64,000 nt of DNA from an uncultured Actinomycetota bacterium (GTDB taxonomy: Bacteria; Actinomycetota; Acidimicrobiia; Acidimicrobiales; RAAP-2): the NCBI GenBank assembly GCA_963745595.1, contig CAVUYB010000033.1:349-64348 (forward strand), written 5' to 3'. The position numbers were made by a program, and so were the translations under genes. The notes below the pieces were generated by a model. The model saw nothing but the letters and a program-made list of their open reading frames with translations. It was not told the DNA's origin and did no database searches. Below, piece after piece: positions 9,015 through 17,221 of this stretch; position 1 is the first letter of the stretch; each line of letters begins with the position of its first letter.

Positions 9015-10244
9015 CTAACTCTCGGGGCGATCGCCACCGGCCGGCCGGTGGACATCGCCCTTGGCCGGAACCGGCATCGTCGACGCGAACCGGGGGTCGA
9101 GCGGGCGAATCCCGTAGTTGGTCCGGAGCTCGTCGATGTCGCCGTCGGCGTGCTCCCACAGCGACCACGCCGGATCGAACGTGTCGGTCGTCGCCGCCGC
9201 CCCGCGGGCCCAGGCCACGAAGAACTTCTCCGGGTCGTACGCGCCAGTGGCGTGCCGGGCGACCTCGTTCACCTGGGTGCCGACGTGCCAGCTGACGATG
9301 ACCGGGACGATGTGACCGCTCATCGCGTTGACCTCGTGCATCGTCGCCGTGAACGTCGACACGAGGAGCTCGCCCTGGAGGGACGTGTTGTAGCCGCTCA
9401 GGAGGTGCGTGGCGTCGTGCCGGGTGGCGAAGTGCTCGTTGAGCGCGCCCGCGTCGCCGGGGAACGAGAACCCGTAGCGGTCGTAGAAGTCGAAGAAGCT
9501 CCGGCCGAGGCTCCCCGGCGGGCAGTCGGCCAACCGCTCGTACGATGCGGCGAGCGCCGGATCGGCCGCCGCGCCGACGTACGGGGCCAGTGCCCGCTCG
9601 ACGTCCGCCGGCGACCATTGCTCGTCCCACCCGATGCCCGGGATGCTCCGGAGGTTCTCCCGCATCATGTCCCGGCCCATCTCGGCCGCGTCGCCGGCCG
9701 CCCCGAGCTCGATCTGGTGCAGGTAGTCGCCGGTCACACCGAGCGCGTCCGCGTACCCCAGCAGCCGGTCGACCTTGGTCCCGTCGAACGTCCCGTCGGC
9801 CAGTGCGGCCACGGCCAGGAGCCGGGTGGTCACCTCGGCTTCCCACGGGTCGGAGACCAGCGACGCCAGCTCGTCGGCCGCCGCCGTCGATGGCACGGTC
9901 GACGGCACGACCGTCCCCTCGGTGAGCGCGTGGGCCGCGGTCGGCTGTCCGAGGACGTAGCGCGACGCCGCCTGCGCCGTTCCCGCCCCGAGGCTCGATA
10001 GCGGATCGCGTCCACCGGCGCTCGCCACGACCGCGATGGCCGTGGCGATCGCCGCCGCCTGCGGCGGGGTGGCCGAGAACACCGCCTTGCGGGCACCCGC
10101 GGCCGGGTGTTCGTCAGTCGTTGCCGCCGTCACGGGAAACGACAGTACCTGCCGGCTCGGTATCCGACCGCAGGTAGGAGGGCGTCCGACCGCAGGTGGG
10201 GGATCGTGTGAAAATAGAAGATCCTGGTGACAGTAAGTCGCCAC
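9015..10244 (-). CDS. Coq4-like HDxxH-x11-E motif protein
   Basis: RHDATHLLSGYNTSLQGE fits the Coq4-family HDxxH(x)11E motif. The GTG start at 10244 lies 5 nt from the tRNA; an internal GTG at 10133 is an alternative start. Confidence 0.55.
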   Translation of the reverse strand: MATYCHQDLLFSHDPPPAVGRPPTCGRIPSRQVLSFPVTAATTDEHPAAGARKAVFSATPPQAAAIATAIAVVASAGGRDPLSSLGAGTAQAASRYVLGQPTAAHALTEGTVVPSTVPSTAAADELASLVSDPWEAEVTTRLLAVAALADGTFDGTKVDRLLGYADALGVTGDYLHQIELGAAGDAAEMGRDMMRENLRSIPGIGWDEQWSPADVERALAPYVGAAADPALAASYERLADCPPGSLGRSFFDFYDRYGFSFPGDAGALNEHFATRHDATHLLSGYNTSLQGELLVSTFTATMHEVNAMSGHIVPVIVSWHVGTQVNEVARHATGAYDPEKFFVAWARGAAATTDTFDPAWSLWEHADGDIDELRTNYGIRPLDPRFASTMPVPAKGDVHRPAGGDRPES

Positions 10245-10248
10245 GAGA

Positions 10249-10321
10249 AGGGCCGTAGCTCAGTGGTCAGAGCAGGGGACTCATAATCCCTCGGTCGTGG
10301 GTTCGATCCCCACCGGCCCTA
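10249..10321 (+). tRNA. tRNA-Met, anticodon CAU (elongator type; tRNA-Ile2/lysidine not excluded)
   Basis: A 73-nt cloverleaf folded by hand: acceptor AGGGCCG/CGGCCCT, D arm GCTC-AGTGGTC-AGAGC, anticodon arm GGGGA-CTCATAA-TCCCT (CAT at 10282-10284), variable loop CGGTC, T arm GTGGG-TTCGATC-CCCAC, discriminator A. CCA is not encoded. Confidence 0.9.
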
Positions 10322-10382
10322 CCGACGTCCGTGCTACTGATATGCAGCACGGGCCCCGATGCAGCACGGGCCTTTATGGAGC

Positions 10383-11537
10383 TCAGCCGGCGACCAGCCG
10401 GTACGCGACCGTCGGTACCTCGAACCCCTTCAGCGTGCTCGGCGGCAGCGGCTCGAAAGAGAGATCGTCGCCGGTGCGATGGCCGGCGTCGCCGCCGGCC
10501 GGCTGACCGAGCTGATCGACGACCCGCCGACGGACGTCGTCGCTGACGACGACGGTCTCCGGGCCGGCCAGGCCGACCAACCGGGACGCGAGGTTGACGA
10601 CGTCGCCGAAGTAGTCGCCGTGGAGCGAGACGACCCGGCCCGCGGCCAGCCCGACCCGGGCCGGCGGCACGCCGTCCTCGCCGGCCAGCTCGGTCAGCAA
10701 TTCGACCGCGGTCCGGCAGGCGCCGGTGGCGTCGGCGGCGACGAACATGGCGCCGTCGCCGAGCAGCTTGACGACCTGCCCGTCGTGCCGGCTGAGGACG
10801 CGGTCGAGGACGGTCTCGAACCGGTTCACGAGCTGTTCGAGCGCCCGCACGGTGAGCGTCCGCGACAGTCCGGTGTAGTCGACGAGATCGACGAAGCCGA
10901 CGGTCAGGTCACGGCCCGCCGACGAGCTCTCCGGGTCGAACAGCCAGCTCCGCGAGGCCGCGGCGACGAGGTGCCGGAGGAAGACGGCCCCCACCGCGTC
11001 GAGGAACGCCGGGAGCTCCTCGTCAACGAGCTCGGAGTACTCGGCGACGATCTCCGCGTAGCCGGTCCCCGTCGTCCGACGGGGCATCTCGAACTGGACC
11101 CGGAAAGCGTCGACGACGGCTTGGGCCAGCCGGGCGGTGCTGCTGCCGATGACCCGGACGAGCCCGAGGATGGCGTCCTCGCCGAGCAGGTCGTGCCCGG
11201 CGCCGGCCAGCAGCGAGAGCGCGTCGACCTCCTCCGGGGTCAGCCGGGGCACATCGTCGCCGGGCGTCGGGAAACCGAGGGCGCTCCATACGTCCGCCGC
11301 CTCGGCCGTCGACAGGCCGGCCTCGGTGACCGCCTCGGCGAACGGCCGCGTCGTCGTCTCGCCGCGCAGCGTCAGCTCCAGCGCCAGGCCGCCGAGCGTC
11401 CCGGCCTCGGTGGCCGCGACGAGATCCTCCGGTCGCGCTCCCTGGTCGAGGAGGTCGCGGAGGAGCCGGAGGCGGTCGGCGGCGTCCGGCGCGGCCGGGT
11501 CGTAGACCCCCAGTCGCTCCAAGTCGGCAGCCTCCAC
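10383..11537 (-). CDS. class III adenylate/guanylate cyclase
   Basis: C-terminal catalytic domain: VGFVDLVDYTGL...VKLLGDGAMFVA...RVGLAAGRVVSLHGDYFGDVVNLASRL. Probable start is GTG 11537 (residue 225 of ORF 10383..12209). The upstream ORF part overlaps the ligase gene antisense. Confidence 0.8.
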   Translation of the reverse strand: MEAADLERLGVYDPAAPDAADRLRLLRDLLDQGARPEDLVAATEAGTLGGLALELTLRGETTTRPFAEAVTEAGLSTAEAADVWSALGFPTPGDDVPRLTPEEVDALSLLAGAGHDLLGEDAILGLVRVIGSSTARLAQAVVDAFRVQFEMPRRTTGTGYAEIVAEYSELVDEELPAFLDAVGAVFLRHLVAAASRSWLFDPESSSAGRDLTVGFVDLVDYTGLSRTLTVRALEQLVNRFETVLDRVLSRHDGQVVKLLGDGAMFVAADATGACRTAVELLTELAGEDGVPPARVGLAAGRVVSLHGDYFGDVVNLASRLVGLAGPETVVVSDDVRRRVVDQLGQPAGGDAGHRTGDDLSFEPLPPSTLKGFEVPTVAYRLVAG

Positions 11538-11708
11538 CGCGTCAGCATACGGACGGCCTACCCAGGTCGGCGGGTGAAGCGCCCGGGCCGGCCGGACCGG
11601 CCGGCCGGGATGGCCCGTCTGACCCGTAGGGCCGACAGCCTGGCCCGACGGCCTGGCCCGGCCCCCAGGGTGGTGGACGGCCTGACGGGCTGGAAGGCAG
11701 GGTAGGAG

Positions 11709-12743
11709 ATGGTCATGGACCGCACGGCACGGCTGACGCTCCTGGCCGGGCTGCCGGCCGACGAGCAGCAACTGCTGCGGGCCGGACCGCCACCGGATTG
11801 GGTGGCCCCGACGTTGGCCACGCTCACTGATCGACGGTTCTCGGACCAACGCTGGCTCTACGAGCGCAAGCTCGATGGCGAGCGCTGCCTGGCCTTCGTC
11901 GCCGGCGACGACGTCCGGCTGTGGTCCCGGAACCGCAAGGCGCTCGACGGTACGTACCCCGAGATCGTCGATGCCCTGGCCGACCAGGACGGCGACTGGA
12001 TCGTCGATGGCGAGGTCGTCGCGTTGCACCGGGGACAGACCAGCTTCAGCCGGCTCCAGCAGCGAATGGGGCTCACCGACCCGGCCGTCGCCCGGCAGAG
12101 CCCGGTGGCGGTCGTCTACTTCCTCTTCGATCTGCTCCGGCTGGATGGGTTCGACACGACCGGCCTGCCGCTGCGCACCCGGAAGTCGTTGCTGCGCCAG
12201 ATCGTCCACTTCGACGGCCCCCTACGGTTCACGGTCCACCGGAACGGCGACGGCGAGGCGTACTACACGGCGGCCTGCGCCCGAGGCTGGGAGGGCGTGA
12301 TCGCCAAGCGGGCCGACGGCCGCTACCGGGCCGGGCGTTCGCCGGAGTGGCTCAAGTTCAAGTGCGCGGCGGGCCAGGAGCTCGTCGTCGGCGGCTTCAC
12401 CGACCCGTCGGGCAGCCGGAGCGGCTTCGGCGCGCTGCTCGTCGGCTACTACCGCGACGGCGAGCTCGTCTACGCCGGCAAGGTCGGCACCGGTTACGAC
12501 GAGCGGACCCTGACCTCGCTGCGGCACCGCCTCGACGGACTGGTCGTCGCCCGATCGCCGTTCGCCCGGGCCGGCGGGCCGACCGAGCGGGCCCATTGGG
12601 TGCGGCCCGAGCTCGTCGGCCAGTTCGGTTTCGCGGAGTGGACCGACGACGGGAAGCTCCGCCACCCCCGGTTCCTCGGTCTGCGGGACGACAAGGCGCC
12701 CGGCGACGTCGTCCGGGAGCGACCGTCAGGTGCCCGGCCGTGA
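11709..12743 (+). CDS. ATP-dependent DNA ligase, ligase-only LigD/LigC type
   Basis: Adenylation motif ERKLDGERCLAF, followed by WEGVIAKRADGRYRAGRSPEWLKFK and an OB-fold tail (KLRHPRFLGLRDDK). At 344 aa it has no polymerase or phosphoesterase domains. Confidence 0.85.
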   Translation: MVMDRTARLTLLAGLPADEQQLLRAGPPPDWVAPTLATLTDRRFSDQRWLYERKLDGERCLAFVAGDDVRLWSRNRKALDGTYPEIVDALADQDGDWIVDGEVVALHRGQTSFSRLQQRMGLTDPAVARQSPVAVVYFLFDLLRLDGFDTTGLPLRTRKSLLRQIVHFDGPLRFTVHRNGDGEAYYTAACARGWEGVIAKRADGRYRAGRSPEWLKFKCAAGQELVVGGFTDPSGSRSGFGALLVGYYRDGELVYAGKVGTGYDERTLTSLRHRLDGLVVARSPFARAGGPTERAHWVRPELVGQFGFAEWTDDGKLRHPRFLGLRDDKAPGDVVRERPSGARP

Positions 12744-12770
12744 GCCGTTCCCACTGTCGGCGTACCGACC

Positions 12771-13490
12771 GTGGAGGGCTCCTTGCCGGCAACCGTTTTG
12801 CAACTGAACGAGCACCGGCGGCACGTAGGCTCGAGGCGACGCAATGGGGGACTCGGTGACGGGGTGACGGTTCCGATGCCCGGGACGGGGGGACTCGATG
12901 CGGCGCTGGTCGCCGTGGTCGACGGCGCGCGCCGGTTCGTCGAGCAGCTCGGCGCCGCGCCGTGCCTCGTCCTCGCGCTCGCCGGTTCAGAGACCCGGGC
13001 CGCGTTCGACCTGGTCTGGCGGGACGACGTCGAGCGGGACGTCCTCGTCACCGCGCTGACGACGGTGGCCTTGGCGGTCGGGGCCGACGGGTTGGCGGCC
13101 GCGGTCGTCGGCGACGTCCCCGATCGACCGGACGTGGCGCGGCCCGACCACCGCGCCGCCATCGTCGGACTGACGGTCACGGCGGACGGCGTCGTCGCCC
13201 GCCGGCTCGTCCGATTTGCCCCGACCGCCGGCGGCTGGGAGATCGGCGACCCTGAGCCCTACGACAGGGGGCCCGGCGACAGGGGGCCCGGCGACATGGG
13301 GTCCGGGGACGTCGAGCCCGGCGACGTCCGGCTCGGCGGCGACCTCGGCCAGCTCTTCGGGCCCGCCGCCGCCGCCTTCCGGGCCGACGGTGCATACGTC
13401 CCGCTGCCGGCCGAGGTGACCGCCGCCTACGTCAACCTCCGCGAAGCCGGCTGCGTCGTCCGGACCGACGGCCCCCTAACAGCCTCGTGA
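12771..13490 (+). CDS. hypothetical protein with DRGPG-type pentapeptide repeats
   Basis: ORF 12771..13490; ATG 12876 is an alternative start. High GC3. No family recognised. Confidence 0.4.
   Translation: MEGSLPATVLQLNEHRRHVGSRRRNGGLGDGVTVPMPGTGGLDAALVAVVDGARRFVEQLGAAPCLVLALAGSETRAAFDLVWRDDVERDVLVTALTTVALAVGADGLAAAVVGDVPDRPDVARPDHRAAIVGLTVTADGVVARRLVRFAPTAGGWEIGDPEPYDRGPGDRGPGDMGSGDVEPGDVRLGGDLGQLFGPAAAAFRADGAYVPLPAEVTAAYVNLREAGCVVRTDGPLTAS
13263..13337. repeat. in-frame 15-bp tandem repeat (gacagggggcccggc, about 5 units; peptide DRGPG DRGPG DMGSG DVEPG DVRLG)
   Basis: Read directly from the sequence; the first two units are identical. Confidence 0.8.
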
Positions 13491-13536
13491 TCGCCGCTCC
13501 TGATCACTTCCGGCGACACTATTCCTGAAATTCCTG

Positions 13537-13564
13537 TCAAGTAGGCGGGCCGGCGCGCCGATGA
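13537..13564 (+). promoter_or_regulatory. putative sigma-28 (FliA/WhiG)-type promoter upstream of fliA paralog 1: TCAAG-N15-GCCGATGA
   Basis: TCAA at 13537-13540, 16-nt spacer, GCCGATGA at 13557-13564. Same architecture as six other sites in the window. Confidence 0.55.
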
Positions 13565-13699
13565 CCGTTGAGGAAAACGCGATCACCCTGTCCAGAACTC
13601 CCTCCATCACGCCCGTCACCACCCTTTTTCGCCGCGAGAGAGAACCCCGGAGATGCCCGTGCCCGGCCCGTACCACCCACGTCGAACGGACGGCCGACG

Positions 13700-14581
13700 G
13701 TGCTCGGCCGAGAACGGGCGGCGACCGTCGTGACCGTGGCGGACCGACCGGTCGGGGTCGCGACGCCGGACGACGAGGACGTCGCCGCCCTCTGGCGCTC
13801 GTTCAAGCAGGACGGCAGCACGTCGGCCAGGAGCCGACTGGTGCACCTCTACTATCCGCTCGTCAAGCACGTCGCCCGGAACGTCGCGTCGTCGCTCTCC
13901 CGCCAGGCCGAGCTCGACGATCTCGAGGGCTATGGCGCAGAGGGGTTGATCGACGCCATCGACCGGTTCGACCCGGGCCGGGGTGTCCAGTTCCCGACGT
14001 TCGCCGCCCACCGGATCCGCGGCGCCATCTACGACGGGATCCGTAGCGTCGACTGGGTGCCTCGCAGCGTCCGTCGCAAAGCCCGGGAGCTCCAGGAGGT
14101 CCAGTCGGAGCTCAGCGCCACGTACGGCCGGCAGCCGACCGAAGAAGAAGAAGCGATGGCGCTCGACCTCAAGGTCAGTGCCCTCCGCCACAGCAAGGCC
14201 CAGGTGGCGACGGCGTTCGTCGCGTCACTCGACGCGCCCGCCCATCCCGAGGGTGGCCCGTCGACCGAGCCCGGGGACGGGGCCGACGAACCGCTCACGG
14301 CCTACCTGTCCCGTGAGGCCGGCCACACCGTGCGGGCCGCGATGTGCCGGCTGACCGAGCGTGAACGCACTGTCGCCACCCTCAGCTTCGGCCAGGGGAT
14401 GACGCTGGCCGAGATCGGCAAGACGCTCGGTGTGACCGAGAGCCGGGCCTGCCAGATCCGCAGCAGCGCGCTGAACCGGCTACGGATCTACATGCGGTCG
14501 CAGGGCATGGGCCCCGAAGGCGACTCGGCCGAGGAACGGCTCGTCGCGCCGGTCAGAGAGGTCGTCGACCAGGTCGGTTGA
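13700..14581 (+). CDS. fliA: FliA/WhiG-family flagellar sigma factor (paralog 1)
   Basis: Region 2 (LVHLYYPLVKHVA...LEGYGAEGLIDAIDRFDPGRGVQFPTFAAHRIRGAIYD) and region 4 (ERERTVATLSFGQGMTLAEIGKTLGVTESRACQIRSSALNRLR). Start is uncertain: the track ORF begins at 13568, but GC3 only rises after about 13700 (GTG candidates at 13700, 13730, 13736). Confidence 0.8.
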   Translation: MLGRERAATVVTVADRPVGVATPDDEDVAALWRSFKQDGSTSARSRLVHLYYPLVKHVARNVASSLSRQAELDDLEGYGAEGLIDAIDRFDPGRGVQFPTFAAHRIRGAIYDGIRSVDWVPRSVRRKARELQEVQSELSATYGRQPTEEEEAMALDLKVSALRHSKAQVATAFVASLDAPAHPEGGPSTEPGDGADEPLTAYLSREAGHTVRAAMCRLTERERTVATLSFGQGMTLAEIGKTLGVTESRACQIRSSALNRLRIYMRSQGMGPEGDSAEERLVAPVREVVDQVG

Positions 14582-15168
14582 CCCGGCCGGGTGATCCGGG
14601 CGATCCGTCGCCGGTAGTGATCGACGGCGGCCGGGCCCGGCTCGAGCCAGCGGTCTTCGACGACCGCGGTGAGGGAGCCTTTGCTGGTCGCCCCGGCCGA
14701 CAACGAGTCCCCGACGATGGTGGCCCAGCGCTGGGTGATCGCCCGGTGTACCCACCACTCGGCGTACGCCGAGAACCGGACACCGCGACGCCCGTCGAAA
14801 CGATCGGCCGCGTGGACGAGCGCGGCGTTGCCGGCCTGCACCAGCTCGACGAAGACCTGGGTCGTCGGGACCGGGTAGCGACGGACCTCGGCCATCACGA
14901 GCCGCAGGTTGGCCTCGACGAACGTCCGCCGGGCCCGCTCGCCGTCGTCGGCGACGGCCTCGAGCCGGGCCCGCTCGGCGCCGGTCACTCCGCCGGAACC
15001 AGCCGGTCGGCCTGGACCGGCCAGCTGGCTGGGACCGGCCAGCCGTAGCTGCGCCTCGGCGCCAGCGGCCACCGCCCGGGCCAGCCGTAGCTGGTCCGGA
15101 TAGGAGAGCAGATCGAGCTGTCCGACCTCCTGCTCGTAGTGGTGCAGGCGCTCGTCGCGATCGGGCAT
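14488..15168 (-). CDS. truncated sigma-70-like protein with regions 1.2 and 2 only (no regions 3/4)
   Basis: FVEANLRLVMAEVRRY, ELVQAGNAALVHAADRFDGRRGVRFSAYAEWWVHRAITQ. Its ATG (15166-15168) overlaps the TGA of the upstream fliA paralog (ATGA). Its 3' end overlaps the fliA-1 3' end by 94 nt (convergent). Confidence 0.55.
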   Translation of the reverse strand: MPDRDERLHHYEQEVGQLDLLSYPDQLRLARAVAAGAEAQLRLAGPSQLAGPGRPAGSGGVTGAERARLEAVADDGERARRTFVEANLRLVMAEVRRYPVPTTQVFVELVQAGNAALVHAADRFDGRRGVRFSAYAEWWVHRAITQRWATIVGDSLSAGATSKGSLTAVVEDRWLEPGPAAVDHYRRRIARITRPGQPTWSTTSLTGATSRSSAESPSGPMPCDRM

Positions 15169-15977
15169 CAGGACGCGGGCTCGCCGGCCCGCATGCGATC
15201 GAGCATCGACCGGATGGCGCGGGACCGGATGCGCGAGACCCGGCCCTCGGAGACGCCGAGGACGTCGGCGATCTCGCGCAGCGTCAGCTCGTCGAAGTAG
15301 TACAGCTCGAGCACCTGCCGCTGGCGGTCCGGCAGGTCGGCGATCCCCTCGCGGAGCACTCGGAGCTCCTCGGCCGCCTCGAAGGCGGCGGCCGGGTCGG
15401 TCGAGTGGTCGAGCAGGTGATCGGCTTCGTCCAGCTGGAGCTCGTCGACGGTGCCCCGAGCCACGTGGACCCGCAAGCGCTCGAACGCCTGCCGCGAGAT
15501 GCCCATCTCGGCGACGATCTCGTCCGTGGTCGGCGCGCGCTTGAGCCTGGTTTCGAGCTGAGCCGACGCGGTCGCCAGGGCTCGGGCCCGGGCCCGCACG
15601 GATCGTGGCGCCCAGTCGTCGGAACGGACGGCGTCGAGGATCGCCCCTTTGATGCGGGGGACGGCGAACGTCTCGAACTGGACGCCCCGGTCCGGCTCGA
15701 ACCGGTCGATGGCGTCGACCAGCCCGAAGACTCCCCAGTGGGTCAGTGAGTCGCGCTCGACGTGTCCGGGGAGCAGGGGCAGCATCCGGGCGGCGACGTA
15801 GCGAACGAGCGACAGGTACGCCGCGGTGAGCTCTGCCCGAACATCGCGGTCGCGGCCGTCGAAGAATCGCTGCCAGAGGGCGGCCGTGGTCGTGAGCGGC
15901 TCGGCCACTGGGCCATCGCCCAGGCCGAGGCCGTCCTCACTGCTCTGTGGCCACGCCGACACCGTAGCTGCAGACAT
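15168..15977 (-). CDS. fliA: FliA/WhiG-family flagellar sigma factor (paralog 2)
   Basis: ATG 15977 (residue 51 of ORF 15168..16127) lies 9 nt downstream of AGGAGG. Region 2 (GVFGLVDAIDRFEPDRGVQFETFAVPRIKGAILD) and region 4 (RQRQVLELYYFDELTLREIADVLGVSEGRVSRIRSRAI). Confidence 0.8.
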   Translation of the reverse strand: MSAATVSAWPQSSEDGLGLGDGPVAEPLTTTAALWQRFFDGRDRDVRAELTAAYLSLVRYVAARMLPLLPGHVERDSLTHWGVFGLVDAIDRFEPDRGVQFETFAVPRIKGAILDAVRSDDWAPRSVRARARALATASAQLETRLKRAPTTDEIVAEMGISRQAFERLRVHVARGTVDELQLDEADHLLDHSTDPAAAFEAAEELRVLREGIADLPDRQRQVLELYYFDELTLREIADVLGVSEGRVSRIRSRAIRSMLDRMRAGEPAS

Positions 15978-16053
15978 CTGGTTGGGACCTCCTAGGACCA
16001 GAAACGTATAGGACGCCGCCCGGCGAAGCGAACGGGGGTTGGAGCAGGCCCGT

Positions 16054-16081
16054 TCAAGATCGCCCGGGCCGGTGCCGATAG
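16054..16081 (+). promoter_or_regulatory. putative sigma-28-type promoter upstream of flbD-motAB-fliL: TCAAG-N15-GCCGATAG
   Basis: TCAA at 16054-16057, 16-nt spacer, GCCGATAG at 16074-16081. Confidence 0.6.
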
Positions 16082-16109
16082 GGCCTGCGGGGTCCCCCGT
16101 GCCCGCCGC

Positions 16110-16135
16110 CCTCTCGGGCGGGCGCACCCGAGAGG
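16110..16135 (+). promoter_or_regulatory. 5'-leader hairpin that sequesters the flbD Shine-Dalgarno-like GAGAGG
   Basis: 9-bp stem CCTCTCGGG (16110-16118) / CCCGAGAGG (16127-16135) with an 8-nt loop. The flbD ATG is at 16143. Confidence 0.4.
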
Positions 16136-16142
16136 CAGGGTC

Positions 16143-16433
16143 ATGATCATCGTCACCAACCTGAAGGGCGAGTCGATCGCCATCAACGACGAGCTGATCG
16201 AACGGGTCGAGGGGGACCGGGAGGCCCGGATCATCCTGACCGGGGGGGCCCGCTACATCGTCGCCGAGTCGCTCGACGAGGTCGTCCGGCGGTCGCGGGA
16301 GGACCGGGCGGTCGTGCGGGCGGCGGCCCGCCAGCTGCTGGACGGCGCCGTCCCGGGCGACGGCGCCGCTCTCCGCCTCCTCACCGCCGACGCGTCCGAC
16401 CCGCCGGAGGCGACCGAAGGCGAGACGCCGTGA
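16143..16433 (+). CDS. flbD: flagellar protein FlbD
   Basis: MIIVTNLKGESIAINDELIERVEGDREARIILTGGARYIVAESLDEVV matches the FlbD pattern. Located immediately upstream of motA. Confidence 0.85.
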   Translation: MIIVTNLKGESIAINDELIERVEGDREARIILTGGARYIVAESLDEVVRRSREDRAVVRAAARQLLDGAVPGDGAALRLLTADASDPPEATEGETP

Positions 16434-17221
16434 AGGACCGGCTCACTCCGATCGCCATCGGCGGGGCGCTCGTCTGCGTCGTCATCTCGATGGTGCTCGA
16501 CGGCGGGAGCCCGACCGTCCTGCTCAAGCCGGCCCCGCTGATCCTGGTCTTCGGCGGGACCGCGTGCGCGGCGGTCGCCGGTTGCCTGCGGTCCGACCTG
16601 AAGGGGATACGGCCCGTCCTTCGCAAGGCCATGGGGTCCACCACCCCCGACCTGGACGCGGCGATCGAGACGATGGTCAACCTGGCCCGCAGCGCCAAGA
16701 GCGGCACGATGCTGTCGCTGGAGGACGAGGTGCGGAGCATCGACGACCGCTTCCTCCAGCTCGGCGTGCAGCTGGCGGTCGACGGTCGCAGCTCGCAGGA
16801 GATCCGGGAGATCCTCGAAAGCGAGATCGACGCGATGGACCGCCGGCACCAGCTCGGGTCCAAGCTCTTCTCCGACCTGGCCGGCCTGGCGCCGACGCTG
16901 GGCATCCTGGGCACCGTCATCGGCCTGGTGCACGTCCTGTCCCACCTGGACAGTCCCGGCACCCTCGGTCCGGCCATCGGGTCGGCGTTCACCGCCACCC
17001 TGTGGGGGGTGCTCTCGGCCAACCTCCTCTGGCTGCCGATCGCCAACAAGCTGAAGCGGATCAGCGTCGCCGAGGTCCAGGTGAAGCAGATGCAGCTCGA
17101 AGGGCTGCTGACGATCCAGGCCGGCGGGTCGAGCCGGATCGTGCGGATCAGGATGGAGACGTTCCTGCCGGCCGCGGCCCGCGGTGACGGTGGGGCCGAG
17201 CGGCGGGCGGAGGCCGCGTGA
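16430..17221 (+). CDS. motA: flagellar stator protein MotA (MotA/TolQ/ExbB channel family)
   Basis: 263 aa, four TM segments, C-terminal LAPTLGILGTVIGLV...AFTATLWGVLSANLLWLPIANKL. 4-nt overlaps with both flbD and motB. Confidence 0.9.
   Translation: MKDRLTPIAIGGALVCVVISMVLDGGSPTVLLKPAPLILVFGGTACAAVAGCLRSDLKGIRPVLRKAMGSTTPDLDAAIETMVNLARSAKSGTMLSLEDEVRSIDDRFLQLGVQLAVDGRSSQEIREILESEIDAMDRRHQLGSKLFSDLAGLAPTLGILGTVIGLVHVLSHLDSPGTLGPAIGSAFTATLWGVLSANLLWLPIANKLKRISVAEVQVKQMQLEGLLTIQAGGSSRIVRIRMETFLPAAARGDGGAERRAEAA

Noticed and set aside
7138-10001. Long plus-strand ORFs 7138..8511 (457 aa), 7613..8494 (the part of ORF 7613..9004 upstream of the DinB-like start) and 8202..10001 (599 aa)
   Set aside because: Their translations are Arg/Pro/Gly/Ala-rich and low in complexity, which is typical of off-frame or antisense reading in high-GC DNA. 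They lie antisense to, or out of frame with, genes that have clear repeat or motif structure (6115..8250, 8495..9004, 9015..10244).
10249-10400. tRNA-Met as an integration site for a genomic island
   Set aside because: I found no integrase, no direct repeat of the tRNA 3' end and no mobile-element gene on either side.
10359-11705. 448-aa plus-strand ORF opposite the cyclase gene
   Set aside because: The minus-strand frame carries the class III cyclase catalytic motifs. The plus frame is Arg/Gly/Asp/Pro-rich with no motifs.
15978-16053. Sigma-70-type promoter for fliA paralog 2 (TATACG about 20 nt upstream of the ribosome-binding site)
   Set aside because: There is only a weak -10-like hexamer, no convincing -35, and too little spacing to the Shine-Dalgarno sequence. 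Not reportable without transcription start site data.
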